DNA from: Octopus sinensis
Lineage: Eukaryota
Direction: 5' to 3'
Length of the DNA: 64,000 nt
NCBI RefSeq assembly: GCF_006345805.1
Contig: NC_043022.1
Location: 3,224,001-3,288,000, forward strand
Of this stretch, positions 13,550 to 26,519 are shown piece after piece. The first letter of the stretch is position 1, and every line of letters starts with the position of its first letter. Position numbers and translations under genes: made by a program. A model generated the notes under the pieces. That model did not search any database. It saw only the letters and a program-made list of their open reading frames with translations, and was not told the origin of the DNA.

Positions 13550-13760
13550 GGCTGCTGAAAAGTTCCTGGCTTTAAGGGTGTCGCTAAAGGCCTGGTTGGA
13601 GGCCCAATCTTCTGAGTTCTTTTACAGGGCTTAGAAAAACTGAAAGACTGTTGCAATAACTGTGTGAATCTGAAAGGGGAATAAAATGTTGAATAAAATC
13701 ATAATTAACTGATCTTCGTGTATTTTTTTTTTACCCAAAGCCAGGAAGTTTTCACCCCCT
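13550..13760 (+). mobile_element. Mariner-derived MITE
   Basis: TIRs tgaaaagttcctggcttt / aaagccaggaagttttca. Internal ..FFLQGLEKLKDCCNNCVNLKGE resembles the mariner transposase C-terminus. Second copy at 49780-49992. Confidence 0.75.
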
Positions 13761-13847
13761 CCCCCCGGTGTATATGTGTGGCGGACTCTCCCATTGAGGA
13801 CGAGGTATGAGTGTTCAGTGAGAAGACAAAAGAAGAAAATCCAATAA

Positions 13848-14254
13848 GGCGCAGGAGTGGCTGTGTGGTAAGTAGCTTGCTAACCAACCACATGGTTCCG
13901 GGTTCAGTCCCACTGCGTGGCACCTTGGGCAAGTGTCTTCTGCTATAGCCCCGGGCCGACCAATGCCTTGTGAGTGGATTTGGTAGACGGAAACTTAAAG
14001 AAGCCTGTCGTATATATGTATATATATATATGTGTGTGCGTGTTTGTGTGTCTGTGTTTGTCCCCCTAGCATTGCTTGACAACCGATGCTGATGTGTTTA
14101 CGTCACCGTCACTTAGCGGTTCGGCTAAAGAGACCAATAGAATAAGTACTGGGCTTACAAAGAATAAGTCCCGGAGTCGATTTGCTCGACTAAAGGCGGT
14201 GCTCCAGCATGGCTGCAGTCAAATGACTGAAACAAGTAAAAGAGTAAAGAGAGT
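13848..14254 (+). mobile_element. SINE family B
   Basis: Full-length copy. Confidence 0.88.
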
Positions 14255-14659
14255 ATCAGTTTATGACAACATAAAAACTAAACAAGATGGTCCAACCAGA
14301 AAACAATAGTGACACACAGACAGACAATCAACAACTCATTCACACTACTGTGACTGCTATTCACTAATATTTGCAATTCACCTGGTTACTCCTCACGTGA
14401 GTCCTCAGGCCATGAAAAAGCAATCAGGATACAAACATGACTTATTAAACCAGTCCGTCATCGAGCTGAGTAATCACAATGTGGACAATGGTGCTTTGCA
14501 GGAAGACTTGTTCTGTTTCTTTTCCCATTTTCCAATAACTGCTCTTAATGAGGTACTCTTTCAGTTTTGAAATTTTTAAACTGGAAAAAGCACTCTCGCT
14601 TCCTCCTCTCTGCGCTTATCTGGAAAGATTCTCATTATACATGTGCAGGTGGCAAGTAA

Positions 14660-14962
14660 AGAAACACTGTTTCGACCCTGTGCTTGAGGTGACCTATTGA
14701 GAAATTGTAGTTGTGATCCCTGTGTCAGTGGCACGTAAAAAGCACCAACCGATTGTGGCTGTTGCCAGCCTCCCCTGGCACCTGTGCCAGTGGCACGTAA
14801 GAAGCACCCACTAAACTCACGGAGTCGTTGGTGTTAGGAAGGGCATCCTGCCAGATAAGACCGGAGCCTGGTGCAGCCTCCTAGCTTCCCAGACCCCAGT
14901 CGAACCGTCCAACCCATGTTAGCATGGAAAACGGACGTTAAACGATGATGATGATGATGATG
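14660..14962 (+). mobile_element. SINE family D ((GAT)n tail, ...aacccatgctagcatggaaaacggacgttaaac)
   Basis: Tail hairpin and (GAT)n shared with about 8 other copies. Confidence 0.75.
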
Positions 14963-16580
14963 AATAAAAGTGTAAAATTAATTAATTAATCAATTAATTA
15001 ATTAATAAAAGTTCTTAATGGTAGGAAAAGCATTTTAACTCCTATTTTTAAATCCAGTGAGTGGTGAAGCAATTAGCCCCTACAATGCTGCCCAAACATT
15101 CTGCACCTTCCAAAAATATACAGTATAGTCCTGTTTCTATTTCGCGGATTTTCGTGTGTCGCAGGGGACTTTGGAATGTAACATCCAGCCTTCCTGATCC
15201 TTTGTCCCCACGTTCTCTTGTAGTCACCTTCTTGAATCTTGAGGGGATGCTCTGGCACCTCGTCACCACCAGCATTATCTTCCTTTCTGCCCCCATTCAT
15301 TCTTACCCACCCTTATCATATGTCTCCCAGAATTCCAATAATTACAACACTGGGTGTTCCAGTTGATCCAATCAATGGATCGGAGGATTACTCTATGTAT
15401 ATAATTTAACATCTGTAAGTTAACATCTGTAAGTTGACATCTGTAACATCTGGAAAAATATGTTCTACGCAATCCCTTGTGTCTGTGCATGCTGTCTTGC
15501 TCCAGATTCAGGTTTGTCAAGTTTCTGTAGCCGGACGCCCTTGTTTACACCAACCCCTGTAGAGAGTAGGGGGTACTTTCTTTTTCATGTCATCAACGAT
15601 ATATAATTCTTTATTGCTCAAAGGGGGATAAATATAGAGAGGACAAACAAGGACAGACAAACGGATTAAGTTGATTACATCGACCCCAGTGCGTAACTGG
15701 AGTGGGTGGCCATAGAAGTGACTCAAGGGAGAGATTAAAAAAAGGAATAAAGCTCCTTTCTGAGTCATGTGGACTCATAGGGCTGGTTTTCCGGTTTTTT
15801 CGTGGCAAATATATTCTTCCCTGGGATGGGACACTGGTCCTTTGCAGAATTACTCTTTTTGCCAGTTGAATGAACTGGAGCAAGTGTGAAATGGAGTGTT
15901 TTGCTCAAGAATACAATGCATTGCCTGGTCCAGGAATCAAAACCATATTCCAAGCCAGCACCTTAACCACTAAGCTGTGCACTTTGACTTCAGAAGAAAA
16001 AAAAAGCCCAAAATATTAAATTCTTCACTCTCCACATCATTTCCACTCATCATGCTCTCCCACGAACTCTCTCCTTACAACTATACCACACACACACACA
16101 CACACATATATATCCAACCCCTAATTCCTTACACAAAATCCCATCCTTCCATATATTCAACTCCTAACTTGGCATTATCCACCCCATCCTTCATATATTT
16201 GTAGCTTTATATTCATGAAACAAACCATTTGTGCTGGAACTGTCTTTGGAAATTTCAGAGTTGTTTCAAAAACTTGTCAGATTCTTGAGAGGGTGTAAAT
16301 TCCACTCTTGTAATACTGAAGTTGTGGAGGCACGTGGCTTAGTGGTTAGAGCAGCGGATTTGCTGTTGAGGGATTGCAGGTTCGAATCTCAGACCAGGCG
16401 ATGTGTGTGTTTATGAATGAATGAAACACCTAAGCTTCACACGGCTCCGGCAGAAGGTAATGGTGATCTTCTGCTGACTCTTTAGCCACAGCTTTCTCTC
16501 ACCTTTCCTCCTGCATCTTGCAGCTCACTAGCTTGACGTGGTTTGGCAGAGGGGTGCAGTTTTTATACTCTTACTCAGAA

Positions 16581-16637
<57 letters not shown>

Positions 16638-16644
<7 letters not shown>

Positions 16645-17082
16645 ATATTTCGGAATGGTCATTTTGCCAGTTTAGCCAATAAAAACACACACACTATATA
16701 TTTGGTGTTACTTTGCTTCAGTGTTATTTATTTTTTACATTAATCTTAATCTTATTTCGGCCAGAGTTCTTTCGTCACACTCCTGTGACCGCATCAGTGG
16801 TCCTTTGTTTTCTTCTTTCTTATTTGTTTGTGTCTCTCCTTACTAACCGTCATCCATTTTGTATTTCTATTGTATGTCTTCATTTGTGCATGCTTATATC
16901 TCTATGTGCGTTTATGTTTATTTAGTGTATGTGGGGGATGCCTGTAATATTTGTATCTTCTGTTTATATATGTTCATGTAATTTGTATTGGCTAAACTGG
17001 CAAAATGACCATTTCGAAATATAACAATATCTGTTTCAACACACGACTTCACATAAAAAATCTTCACAACAAATATTTAAAC
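16638..17082 (-). mobile_element. Penelope-like remnant in (TA)n, with ~45-bp inverted repeat and hammerhead-like motif
   Basis: IR 16638-16681 / 16986-17030; HHR-like motif at 16759-16803 (-); both flanks (TA)n. Confidence 0.6.
16759..16803 (-). ncRNA. Hammerhead ribozyme-like motif (type I, minimal)
   Basis: cca-CTGATGC-g-GTCACA-ggag-TGTGAC-GAAA-gaac-TC-tgg; A9 is replaced by C. Confidence 0.5.
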
Positions 17083-17714
17083 GTATATATATATATATAT
17101 ATATATTAATTTAGCAATCTCAAGAATAATCAGCTGAAATTGCGAGGATAATCTGGTTCTTGATTGAAGATAGAAAACTTCGAATGTCCCAACCTTGTTT
17201 TCTTTGTATCATCTATCTGGATGTTTTGTTGTCCCTTTATTGTATCACCTAGCTGTCCGGATGTTTTGCTGTCTTGTCCCATTTTGCATTATATATATAT
17301 TGGATTGCCCATGTCCAGCCACTGCAAGACAAAGGCCTCAGCATGTTCTCCTCACCAATGTTGAGGCCATGAATTCCAGCTTGAGATCAAACTGGTTTAA
17401 TGAGCCTACTCTGTCACACTGGCTTCACATGGTTTGCCAGAAGAATGCAGTTATCTTTGTACTCTTATTCAGGAGTATTTAAGTTGATTCCATCGACACC
17501 AGGACACAACTGGTACCTATTTATTTCATAGTTCCCGGTAAACTTTCAACAGTGTTATGGTTTTCAAAATAACCATGGGATTTTTAATGGGTACTGTTAG
17601 TTTTAATGTTTTTGTTGAATTTTTTTCTTTTCATTAATACAGAGTGGTGGGTGAGTATACCTGAGACTTGATCCAGCAAAGATCAATGGATCAAAGGTTT
17701 TTTATAACTCATAA

Positions 17715-18170
17715 CCCGTGGCCTTCTACATGGGATGGAGCCAGCCTACGTATGCATACCTTCCGTTCTTGGGACACAAAACTCTACTTGTGAAGACCTG
17801 TTGAGGCAAGTGAGGATCAGAATCGAAATCGATCAATGGAAATTGCAGATGTGTTACCAGTGCCAGTGGCATGTGAGAGAACCATCTGTTCGTGACCGTT
17901 GCCAGCGCCGCCCCGACTGGCCTCGTACCGGTGGCACGTAAAAAGCACCATCCGTTCGTGGCCGTTTGCCAGCTCTGCCTGGCATGTAAAAAGCACCCAC
18001 TACACTCACGGAGTGGTTGGCGTTAGGAAGGGCATCCAGCCGTAGAAACACTGTCAGATCTGACTAGGCCTGATGAAGCCTTCTGGCTTCACAGACCCCA
18101 GTTGAACCGTCCAACCCATGCTGGCATGGAAAACGGACGCTAAACGATGATGATGATGATAATGATGATA
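17715..18170 (+). mobile_element. SINE family D
   Basis: (GAT)n tail; internal gtggcacgtaaaaagcacc repeats. Confidence 0.78.
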
Positions 18171-18657
18171 AATCGTGATAAAAATAACATCAGGTTATGA
18201 ATCTGGAAAACTACTTTGGCTAAAAATAGACATTTCTTGCTGTGAACCCAAATTAAATAGTTTTGAGGTCATTTCTAGTGCAACTCCGGCTTCTTATTGT
18301 TTAATCGGATGGCTCCCCCCACACACACACATAAATAGATGCGCATACACATAAATACATACATATATATTATATATATGTACGCATATACGTATACACA
18401 CACACATATACAGGTACATATATAGGCGTGGTGCAAACAAACCTTTCTTACTTATTAACACCTCTTTCCCTCTCTCCCTCTCTCTCTCTCTCTCTCTGAC
18501 CATTATCACCCCCCCCCCCGCCATCATCACTACAAACCACCACCACACCATAAATAATCGATATTAAACCGATAATCAGTTAGGAGGAGATTATTAGAGC
18601 TCAGCTGGCCACAAATGGCTGAAGAGGGACTTAATCTGATCCTGACCTTTATTAATA

Positions 18658-18958
18658 TTATCATCATCATTATAATCATCATCATTGTCATCCTCATTAT
18701 CATCATTATAATCATCATCATCATCATCATCATCATTATCATCATCCTCATTATCATTATCATCATCCTCATTATCATCATCCTCATCATCATCACTATC
18801 TTCATCATTATCATCTTCATCACTATCATCATCCTCATTATCATTATAATCATCATCATCATCCTCATTATCATTATAATCATCATCATCATCATTATCA
18901 TTATAATCATCATCATCACTATCATCATCACCATCATCATCATCATCATCATCATCAT
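18658..18958. repeat. (ATC)n/(ATT)n compound trinucleotide microsatellite
   Basis: Directly visible. Confidence 0.95.
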
Positions 18959-19696
18959 TTTCTGGTGATGGATTTACATAAGTGGAATGTTTTAGGTTTA
19001 AGAAGTAACCAACCAGAAGACTTCAAAATGGACTCTGAGCTACTAGTTTCACCATCATACTGATATTTTAACTTAATCTGATCCTGATCTTTATTATTAC
19101 TACTACTACTACTACTACTATTATCATTATTATTATTATTATTTTTATTATTATTATTATTCAGGTGGTAAGCTGGCAGAATCATCAGAACGCTAGATGA
19201 AATGCCGTGTGCCATTTCATCTGTCTTTACGATCTGGGTTCAAATGTTGCCGAAGTCTATTTTGCCTTTCATCCTTTCTGGGACAATAAATTAAGTACCA
19301 GTTGAATGCTGGGTGTCGATGTAATCGACACATCCCCTTCCCCCAAATTGCTGCCCTTGTGGCAAAATTTGAAACCATTATTGTTATTATTATTATTATT
19401 ATTATTATTAAGACGGCGGGCTGGCAGAATCATTAGCACCCCCCGGATGAAATGCTTCGTGGCATTTCGTCCGTCTTTACGTTCTGAGTTCAAATTCTAC
19501 TGGGGACTGTGTTTGCTCTCTGCCACTGTTTGACAACCGGTGCTGGTGTGTTTACGTCCATGCAACCTAGCTGTCCAACAAAAGAGACCAACACAAGTAC
19601 CTATCTTTAAAAAAGATTAATAAGTACTGGGGGTTGATTTATTCAAGGCGGTGCCCCAGCATGGCCGCAGTCTAATGACTGAATAAAAGACACAAT

Positions 19697-19855
19697 CACT
19701 AGCGTAGCTAGAGTGTGTGCTAACCGGGGTGGACCTTCCGTTTGTCGCCCTCCGGACCTTACAAAAAGCACATATTGCGTACAGCAAACCCAAAAGTGGT
19801 ACCCCCCTTTAAAAGTACCGTCTGGAGCGGACCTCTACCCCCAGCTACGCTAGTG
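19697..19855. mobile_element. hAT-type MITE
   Basis: 13-bp TIR cactagcgtagct / agctacgctagtg; 8-bp flanks gacacaat / gacagaag (6/8 match). Confidence 0.7.
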
Positions 19856-19881
19856 GACAGAAGCGTTATCATGTCGATGTG

Positions 19882-20265
19882 TGGAGGCGCAATGGCCCAG
19901 TGGTTATGGCAGCGGACTCACGGTCATAGGATCGCGGTTTCGATTCCCAGACCGGGCGTTGTGAGTGTTTATTGAGCGAAAATACCTAAAGCTCCACGAG
20001 GCTCCGGCAGGGGATGGTGGTGATCCCTGCTGTACTCTTTCACCACAACTTTCTCTCACTCTTACTTCTGTTTCTGTTGTACCTGTATTTCAAAGGGCCG
20101 GCCTTGTCACTCTCTGTGTCACGCTGAATATCCCCGAGAACTACGTTAAGGGTACACGTGTCTGTGGAGTGCTCAGCCACTTACACGTTAATTTCACGAG
20201 CAGGCTGTTCCGTTGATTCGGATCAACCGGAACCCACGTCGTCGTAACCGACGGAGTGCTTCCAC
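19882..20265 (+). mobile_element. Young SINE family C copy with 15-bp TSD
   Basis: TSD tatcatgtcgatgtg at 19867-19881 and 20266-20280. Confidence 0.92.
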
Positions 20266-21310
20266 TATCATGTCGATGTGGTTCGGTTTTTCCCTGTTGA
20301 CTCAACACAATCAGAGCTTGGCTCTTTGCAGCACTTTAAACAACGAGGACTTAATAAAAGCACCAACCAAACAGTTTGCAAATCTTGTTTTCTCTTTGGC
20401 AACTCTAACGAGAGGATCGGATAAAAACGAGCAACTTAGCCTTTTACACCTCGACGAGAAAATACCAGATATGGTGTATGTGCAAGGTTAATCCTTTAGT
20501 GGTTTGTGTCGTTTTTAATCTGTAAATGTTAATCCCCTTAAAGAATCAGCTAATTACTATCGTTGATCATTCTTTTCTTTCTCACACACTCCTTCTCTCT
20601 CTCTTTCTTTTTCCATAGTTTTTCTGTCTTTATAATATAATAGAATATACATACATACATACATACGTATGTATGCCCTCTCTCTCTCTCTTTCATAATT
20701 TCCCGCTCTTTCTCTCTGTTTTCCCACTCTTTCTCTCATAGTTTTTCTCTCTCTTTACACACACATACATCTTTCGTTATTGTTGTTTTATTTCTTGCAA
20801 AGAACTCAGGGTTGTGTTTGGATTTTGGATATATCGATGTGGGACGTATTGAGAGTTCATCTCTCTCTCTCAGTATTCGCTCCGTTTAACATCTAATGAA
20901 CAGCAACACGCGCCGCATAGATTTTTTATTCCTTCCTTCATAAAGCTGACTTCAAGGTGATGATGGGATGAAACAACTGGAAAATAATAATTCAATAATT
21001 ATTTACTCTTAAATATATTTAAAAAAAAAAATAACGATCTTGAAAGTGAAAGAGAGGGTGAGCAATAGAAGCAGTTAGAGAGACAGAGAAATACAAATAA
21101 TCTACGTTACAATTGGATTAAAACAGAAATATAATAATAATAATAATAATAATAAGTTTGTTGTTACTGAGTTGTTGCGACTAGGTAGCCATGTATACAG
21201 TTTATTTCGGTTCTGATGTTGATCTGAAAAGAACGGATATAACGGCTTTCTGTTTGGATTGCCTTTGCCCTAAACGCATATTCTTTAGTCGGAATTTGTA
21301 GCTTTGAACA

Positions 21311-22033
21311 ATGGAAACCAGCCCGCTCTCTGTTCTGCACGAAGTCCCCGAGCATCTTGAAAAAGCTGACCCAATTCCTGCAGTCTCCGAGCAAGCAGTC
21401 GAACTCGAAAGTTCAACATCGAAAGGAAATTTGAAGACCAACGAATTGAAATTCAAAAACGACCAAGAAGAACCTGAAGCCAACAATTCGTCGGAAAATT
21501 CCGAGTTTACGGATAGCTGGGAATTAACAGAGTCTGTGAGTCCCTCGGAAGGGTCCCGGCAGCAGAGATCTTCCGGATCAAGTTTATTTTCGAACTCCTC
21601 GGAAACCAGTCAAACTGGTTCTCCAGAGATGCCCAAAAAATACGATAAACCCGTTCATGTGGTGTCCAAGTGCGAGGAGATTTTTTGTTTGATCTGCGAA
21701 AACAATCTGAAAATCTGTGGTTCTTCGTATACAAATATTTTTAAGGGGCAGAAAAGGGGAAGCACCACGCTTCCCGAAAGGATATCTTCGTTTATCGGAG
21801 CAGCTGAAGACTTGAAGCTTTGCGATGTGGGAAGTTCCTACATGTGCGCACAATGCCAGCGGAATCTACAAAAGGCAGAATTACTGGAGAAACAAGTCAA
21901 CCAAATTCGGGACACTTTTACCAATTCTTTCTCCAATTTGAGTAGGAACAGTCGCATGAAAAAACGGCGGATCACATTGAACAACCAACAACAGAGTTCG
22001 GTGGAGGTGAAACAATTACAAATACGGATCAAG
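21311..22033 (+). CDS. Putative first coding exon: Ser/Glu-rich N-terminus + ZAD-like C4 zinc-binding domain + basic patch; probably spliced to the BICDR exon at 32080
   Basis: 241 uninterrupted codons of non-repetitive sequence. acaATGG start with in-frame TGA at 21305-21307. CLIC...IF...LPERI...SYMCAQC..L pattern and RMKKRR. Donor AAG|gtaaat at 22033/22034, phase 0. Confidence 0.75.
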
Positions 22034-22037
22034 GTAA

Positions 22038-22071
<34 letters not shown>

Positions 22072-22164
22072 TTCTGCACCATAAACTTTGTATATTGTTT
22101 CAAAGAGGATGCCTCGGAATTCGTTGTCATTTTCGTTAATATTTTGGAAGTATATTATTCTAGT

Positions 22165-22589
22165 GGCGATCTTTCGTCTCTAGTAGACTTTTCCGTCGAT
22201 TTTCGTAAAAATTTTTTTTTTTACATATGGGCTTGCGGGAACTTTTGAAGTAATATACATACATGTACACATACACCGAGTAAAAAATTTCAGTTATCTC
22301 TTTCTTTCACACATTACTCTGTTTCTTCACACACACTAACAGAAGCACTTCACTTACACAACATACTGTCTGTCTCCCACACCCCATCAAACACACACAC
22401 ACACACACATGTACATCAATGCTTCCCCTGGGCGGTAACTTCAAAAGAACTTCCCTCGTCATACAATCGCTTTCTCTTAGTCTCTTTCGCTCTCATTACT
22501 TCAAAAGTTCCCGCAAGCCCATATGTAAAAAAAAAAAAAATTTTTTTACGGAAATCGACGGAAAGGTCTACTAGAGACGAAAGATTGCC
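22165..22589. mobile_element. Mutator(MULE)-like MITE
   Basis: ~90-bp TIRs starting GGCGATCTTTCGTCTCTAGTAGAC; perfect 10-bp TSD ttattctagt (22155-22164, 22590-22599). Second copy at 57841-58261. Confidence 0.85.
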
Positions 22590-23189
22590 TTATTCTAGTT
22601 GCTATCAAGATGTGACCCCTGGTCAGTTCTATATCTTTACTGTATTATTTGGCATCACTTCTCCTTTGCATTCTCTTCACCCTTTCAACATCATCGTCAT
22701 CGTAGGTCTTCTCCGTCAGGGCCTGGAATTCGACCACATACACCAACAAACCATCGTCATTATCATCACCCTCTTCTTCATCTACCTTTTTGCCATCATC
22801 TTTATCCTCGACATAATCATCACTATTGCTATGACTTCAGTTTATATTTCCATTCACAAGTATTTTGTCACCAGATAATTCCCGGTGTGCGTTTGAGAGA
22901 GAGAGAGAGAGAGAGAGGAGTTCATTCCTACCGCATGACATCTTGGGCGTCATTTTTACGATAATCTCTGGTCAAATTATACTTTGTATGTGAAATTAGG
23001 AAGTGAGAGGGAATTATGTGACAGACTATCGAGTAGAATTGCTATCAATATCTTTCAATATATTTCTAGAGGAAGAAATGAAAGAAAGAAAAAGCATTAA
23101 AGGTATAAAACAAATCAAATTATTGAGGAAAAAAATTCCATAACTACCTCACGGAAGAAACAAAGAAGGGAAAAAAGCAGGGTGGAATT

Positions 23190-23600
23190 GACGGGTTGTA
23201 CAAAACCAGAACATGGATGTGATTGCAAAAGTATTGTTGCGGAGAATATCCAGCGACAGTCGCTGCAACGACCATCCCACCTTGTGGGACTCATTTCTCA
23301 AACTGGCCACAGTTATTCCAATTTTGCAGAGGAAATTGGCAACGTGGGGTGGGGGTGGCCCTTCGAACACCTGAGGAGGTCTCGATGGTGATCGGTACAA
23401 ACTGATAGCGGCCGGTCAGATTCCTGTGTCTGTTTATCTTTCTCTCGTTTCCATTACGGACAGCGATTCCCGAGTTTGGGGGCTGATGCCACAAACTTGG
23501 AGCCCGGAGAATATGTCGCAGCATGCTGCATCCCAGATTAGGGATTATAGATTGGGATTGGAATTGAAAAGGTTTGGCCTTGTACCCCGCCGCATGATGC
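23190..23600 (-). mobile_element. CRE-clade non-LTR retrotransposon remnant (restriction-like endonuclease C-terminus)
   Basis: GIAVRNGNERKINRHRNLTGRYQFVPITIETS, frameshift, then NFLCKIGITVASLRNESHKVGWSLQRLSLDILRNNTFAI. Confidence 0.7.
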
Positions 23601-23742
23601 TTGATTCTTCCTGAGAATTACGTTAAAAACTACATGGGACTACATGGAACTAGGAAATCCTAAACAATAGAGGAGGGAAATCGGTTGATCAAACAACTGA
23701 GTACCTATCGCAGAATCCGACGGAGGCCCATTTGCTTTGTAC

Positions 23743-23800
<58 letters not shown>

Positions 23801-24245
23801 GTGAGTGAGAAATAATGTGTATATCTGAGACTTTGTATGTGTGTTTGTGTCTGAATTTGTGTGCATGTATGAATGTGTATGTGTGTGTGTGTATTATGAT
23901 GTATGGTGTATGAATGTATGTGTGTGGATTTATGAATGTGTGTTGGTGTATGTATGTATGTGTGTGTGTGTGTATCTATGATGTATGGTGTATGCATGTA
24001 TGTGTGTGCATGTATGAATGTGTGTTGGTGTATGTATGTGTGTGTGTGTGTGTGTGTATCTATGATGTATGGTGTATGAATGTATGTGTGTGGATTTATG
24101 AATGTGTGTTGGTGTATGTATGTGTGTATGTGTGTGTGTGTATCTATGATGTATGGTGTATGAATGTATGTGTGTGGATTTATGAATGTGTGTTGGTGTA
24201 TGTATGTGTGTGTGTGTATCTATGAATTTGTGTGTGTGTGCGTGT
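23743..24245. repeat. GT-rich microsatellite with ~80-bp higher-order repeats
   Basis: Recurring tatctatgatgtatggtgtatgaatgtatgtgtgtggatttatgaatgtgtgttgg units. Confidence 0.9.
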
Positions 24246-24774
24246 ATGAATAATTGTACGTGAGACTGTCTGTGTGTGGATGACTGTTATGTGTAAGAGT
24301 CCGGTCCACAGGCAGTGAAGTAGAGACGGTAGGAAAGATGGGGGTAACTCAACATAAAGGAGCAGAAGGACGAAGAAAGTTACTGTGGGCTTTTGCCATA
24401 CTGGAGCAATGCCATCTTTTATAATTTGCAATATTTCTTATTGTTTATTTAGTTATTTTGTCCTTTTTAAAAAAATTTTATTTTCTGCCATAAACATTAC
24501 ACGCATACAGAAGCGACTATGATCCCTCTTTTATACTGGACCCCCCCCCTTCAATACTTGGGCATTCCTTCGGTATTGGTCTACAGACTGTCGGTGTTAG
24601 GAGACGACGCCATTCACCCACTTTTTCAGCCTGACCTCGTTACCTGTCATGAGGAAAGGTCGGGTGGATGAATGATGTCGACTAATACCGAAAGATTGCC
24701 AACACTTGCACCAGTTTATCTATTTTCATCATTTTAAAATTTGATTTTACGTTTTCATTTTTTGAAAAATATTT

Positions 24775-24959
24775 TGCTTCCCAACCACATGGTTCTGGGT
24801 TCAGTCCCACTGAGTGGCACCTTGGGCAGGTGTCTCCTAGTATAGCTTCGGGCTGACCAAAGCCTTGTGAGTGGATTTGGTTGGCAGAAACTGAAAGAAG
24901 CCCATCGTGTATCTATCTATCTATCTGTCTGTCTGTCTGTCTATTTATCTATCTATCTG

Positions 24960-25036
<77 letters not shown>

Positions 25037-25648
25037 TTGTCTGTCTGTGCTTGTCCCCCCCAACGTTGCTTGACAACTGATGTTGGTATGTTTAAGTCCC
25101 CATAACTTAGTGGTTCAGCAAAAGAGACCAATAGAAAAAGTACTAGGCTTACAAAAAATAAGTTCATGGGTCAATTTGTTCAACTAAAGGTGGTGTTCCT
25201 GCATGGCCACAGTCCAATGACTGAAACAAGTAAATGAATACACACACACACACACACACACACATTAGTGTGGCAGGTATCTACTCTTTTACTTGTTTCA
25301 GTCATTTGACTGCGGCCATGCTGGAGCACCACCTTTAATCGAGCAAATCGACTTATTCTATCGGTCTCTTTTGCCGAACCGCTAAGTGACGGGGACGTAA
25401 ACACACCAGCATCTGTTGTCAAGCAATGCTAGGGGGACAAACACAGAAACACATACACACACGCACATAATATATATACATATATACAACGGGCTTCTTT
25501 CAGTTTCCGTCTACCAAATCCACTCACAAGGCATTGGTCGGCCCGAGGCTATAGCAGAAGACACTTGCCCAAGGTGTGCCACGCAGTGGGACTGAACCCG
25601 GAACCATGTGGTTGGTAAACAAGCTACTTACCACACAGCCACTCCTAC
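24775..25648. mobile_element. Inverted (tail-to-tail) pair of family-B SINEs
   Basis: Plus copy 24775-25240 with internal (ATCT)n; minus copy 25281-25648. Confidence 0.85.
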
Positions 25649-26031
25649 ATCTAATGTGTATGTTTGTGCAAAAATAAAAAAAAGCGTAAACATTTCGGTC
25701 TCAGCTCAATACACACTTGTAATCTTTGTGTGTCTGAATTCTTTCACCAATATATGAATCAGAGCATAACAAAGAGCGAAGGCAGTTATTACAGATAATA
25801 GCTCATGTCAGAAACTAGACTCCATAAACATTATGTTCCTTATATAATATCCATTGTATTACCTAACAGCCATGCAATAAATATCGTGTTAAATGGCAAA
25901 CCTTGACAAATATGGGTCAAGATCTGAATTGACAAACACAAAGTAGGATTTGAAAGCAATTCGTGTTCCTCTATTGAGATTCACCTTTACATCTTAACCT
26001 TTCATAAATATATCATCATCATCATCATGAT

Positions 26032-26443
26032 GGCGCAGGAGTGGCCGTGTGGTAAGTAGCTTGCTTACCAACCACATGGTTCTGGGTTCAGTCCCACTGC
26101 GTGGCATGTTGGGCAAGTGTCTTCTGCTATAGCCTCAGGCCAACCAAAGCCTTGTGAGTGGATTTGGTAGACGGAAACTGAAAGAAGCCCATCGTATTGG
26201 CTGTGTGGTAAGTAGCTTGCTAACCAACCACATGGTTCCGGGTTCAGTCCCACTGCGTGGCATGTTGGGAAAGTGTCTTCTACTATAGCCTCGGGCCAAC
26301 CAAAGCCTTGTGAGTGGATTTGGTAGACGGAAACTGAAAGAAGCCCGTCGTATATATGTATATATATATGTGTGTGTGTGTATGTTTGTATGTCTGTGTT
26401 TGTCCCCCTAGCATTGCTTGACAACCGATGTTGGTGTGTTTAC
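26032..26443 (+). mobile_element. SINE family B with duplicated head, 3'-truncated
   Basis: Head repeated at 26032 and about 26198. Confidence 0.82.
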
Positions 26444-26519
26444 AACTGTGGCCAAACAGTTTCAGGCTACTTGTGACCATCTTCAGTCGTGAACACCCAA
26501 CAGTATACACACACACACG

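Noticed and set aside
18530-18968. Poly-Met / poly-Ile ORFs
   Set aside because: (ATC)n microsatellite.
19882-19960. tRNA gene
   Set aside because: tRNA-derived SINE head continuing into a repeated body with TSD; the same applies to the other heads.
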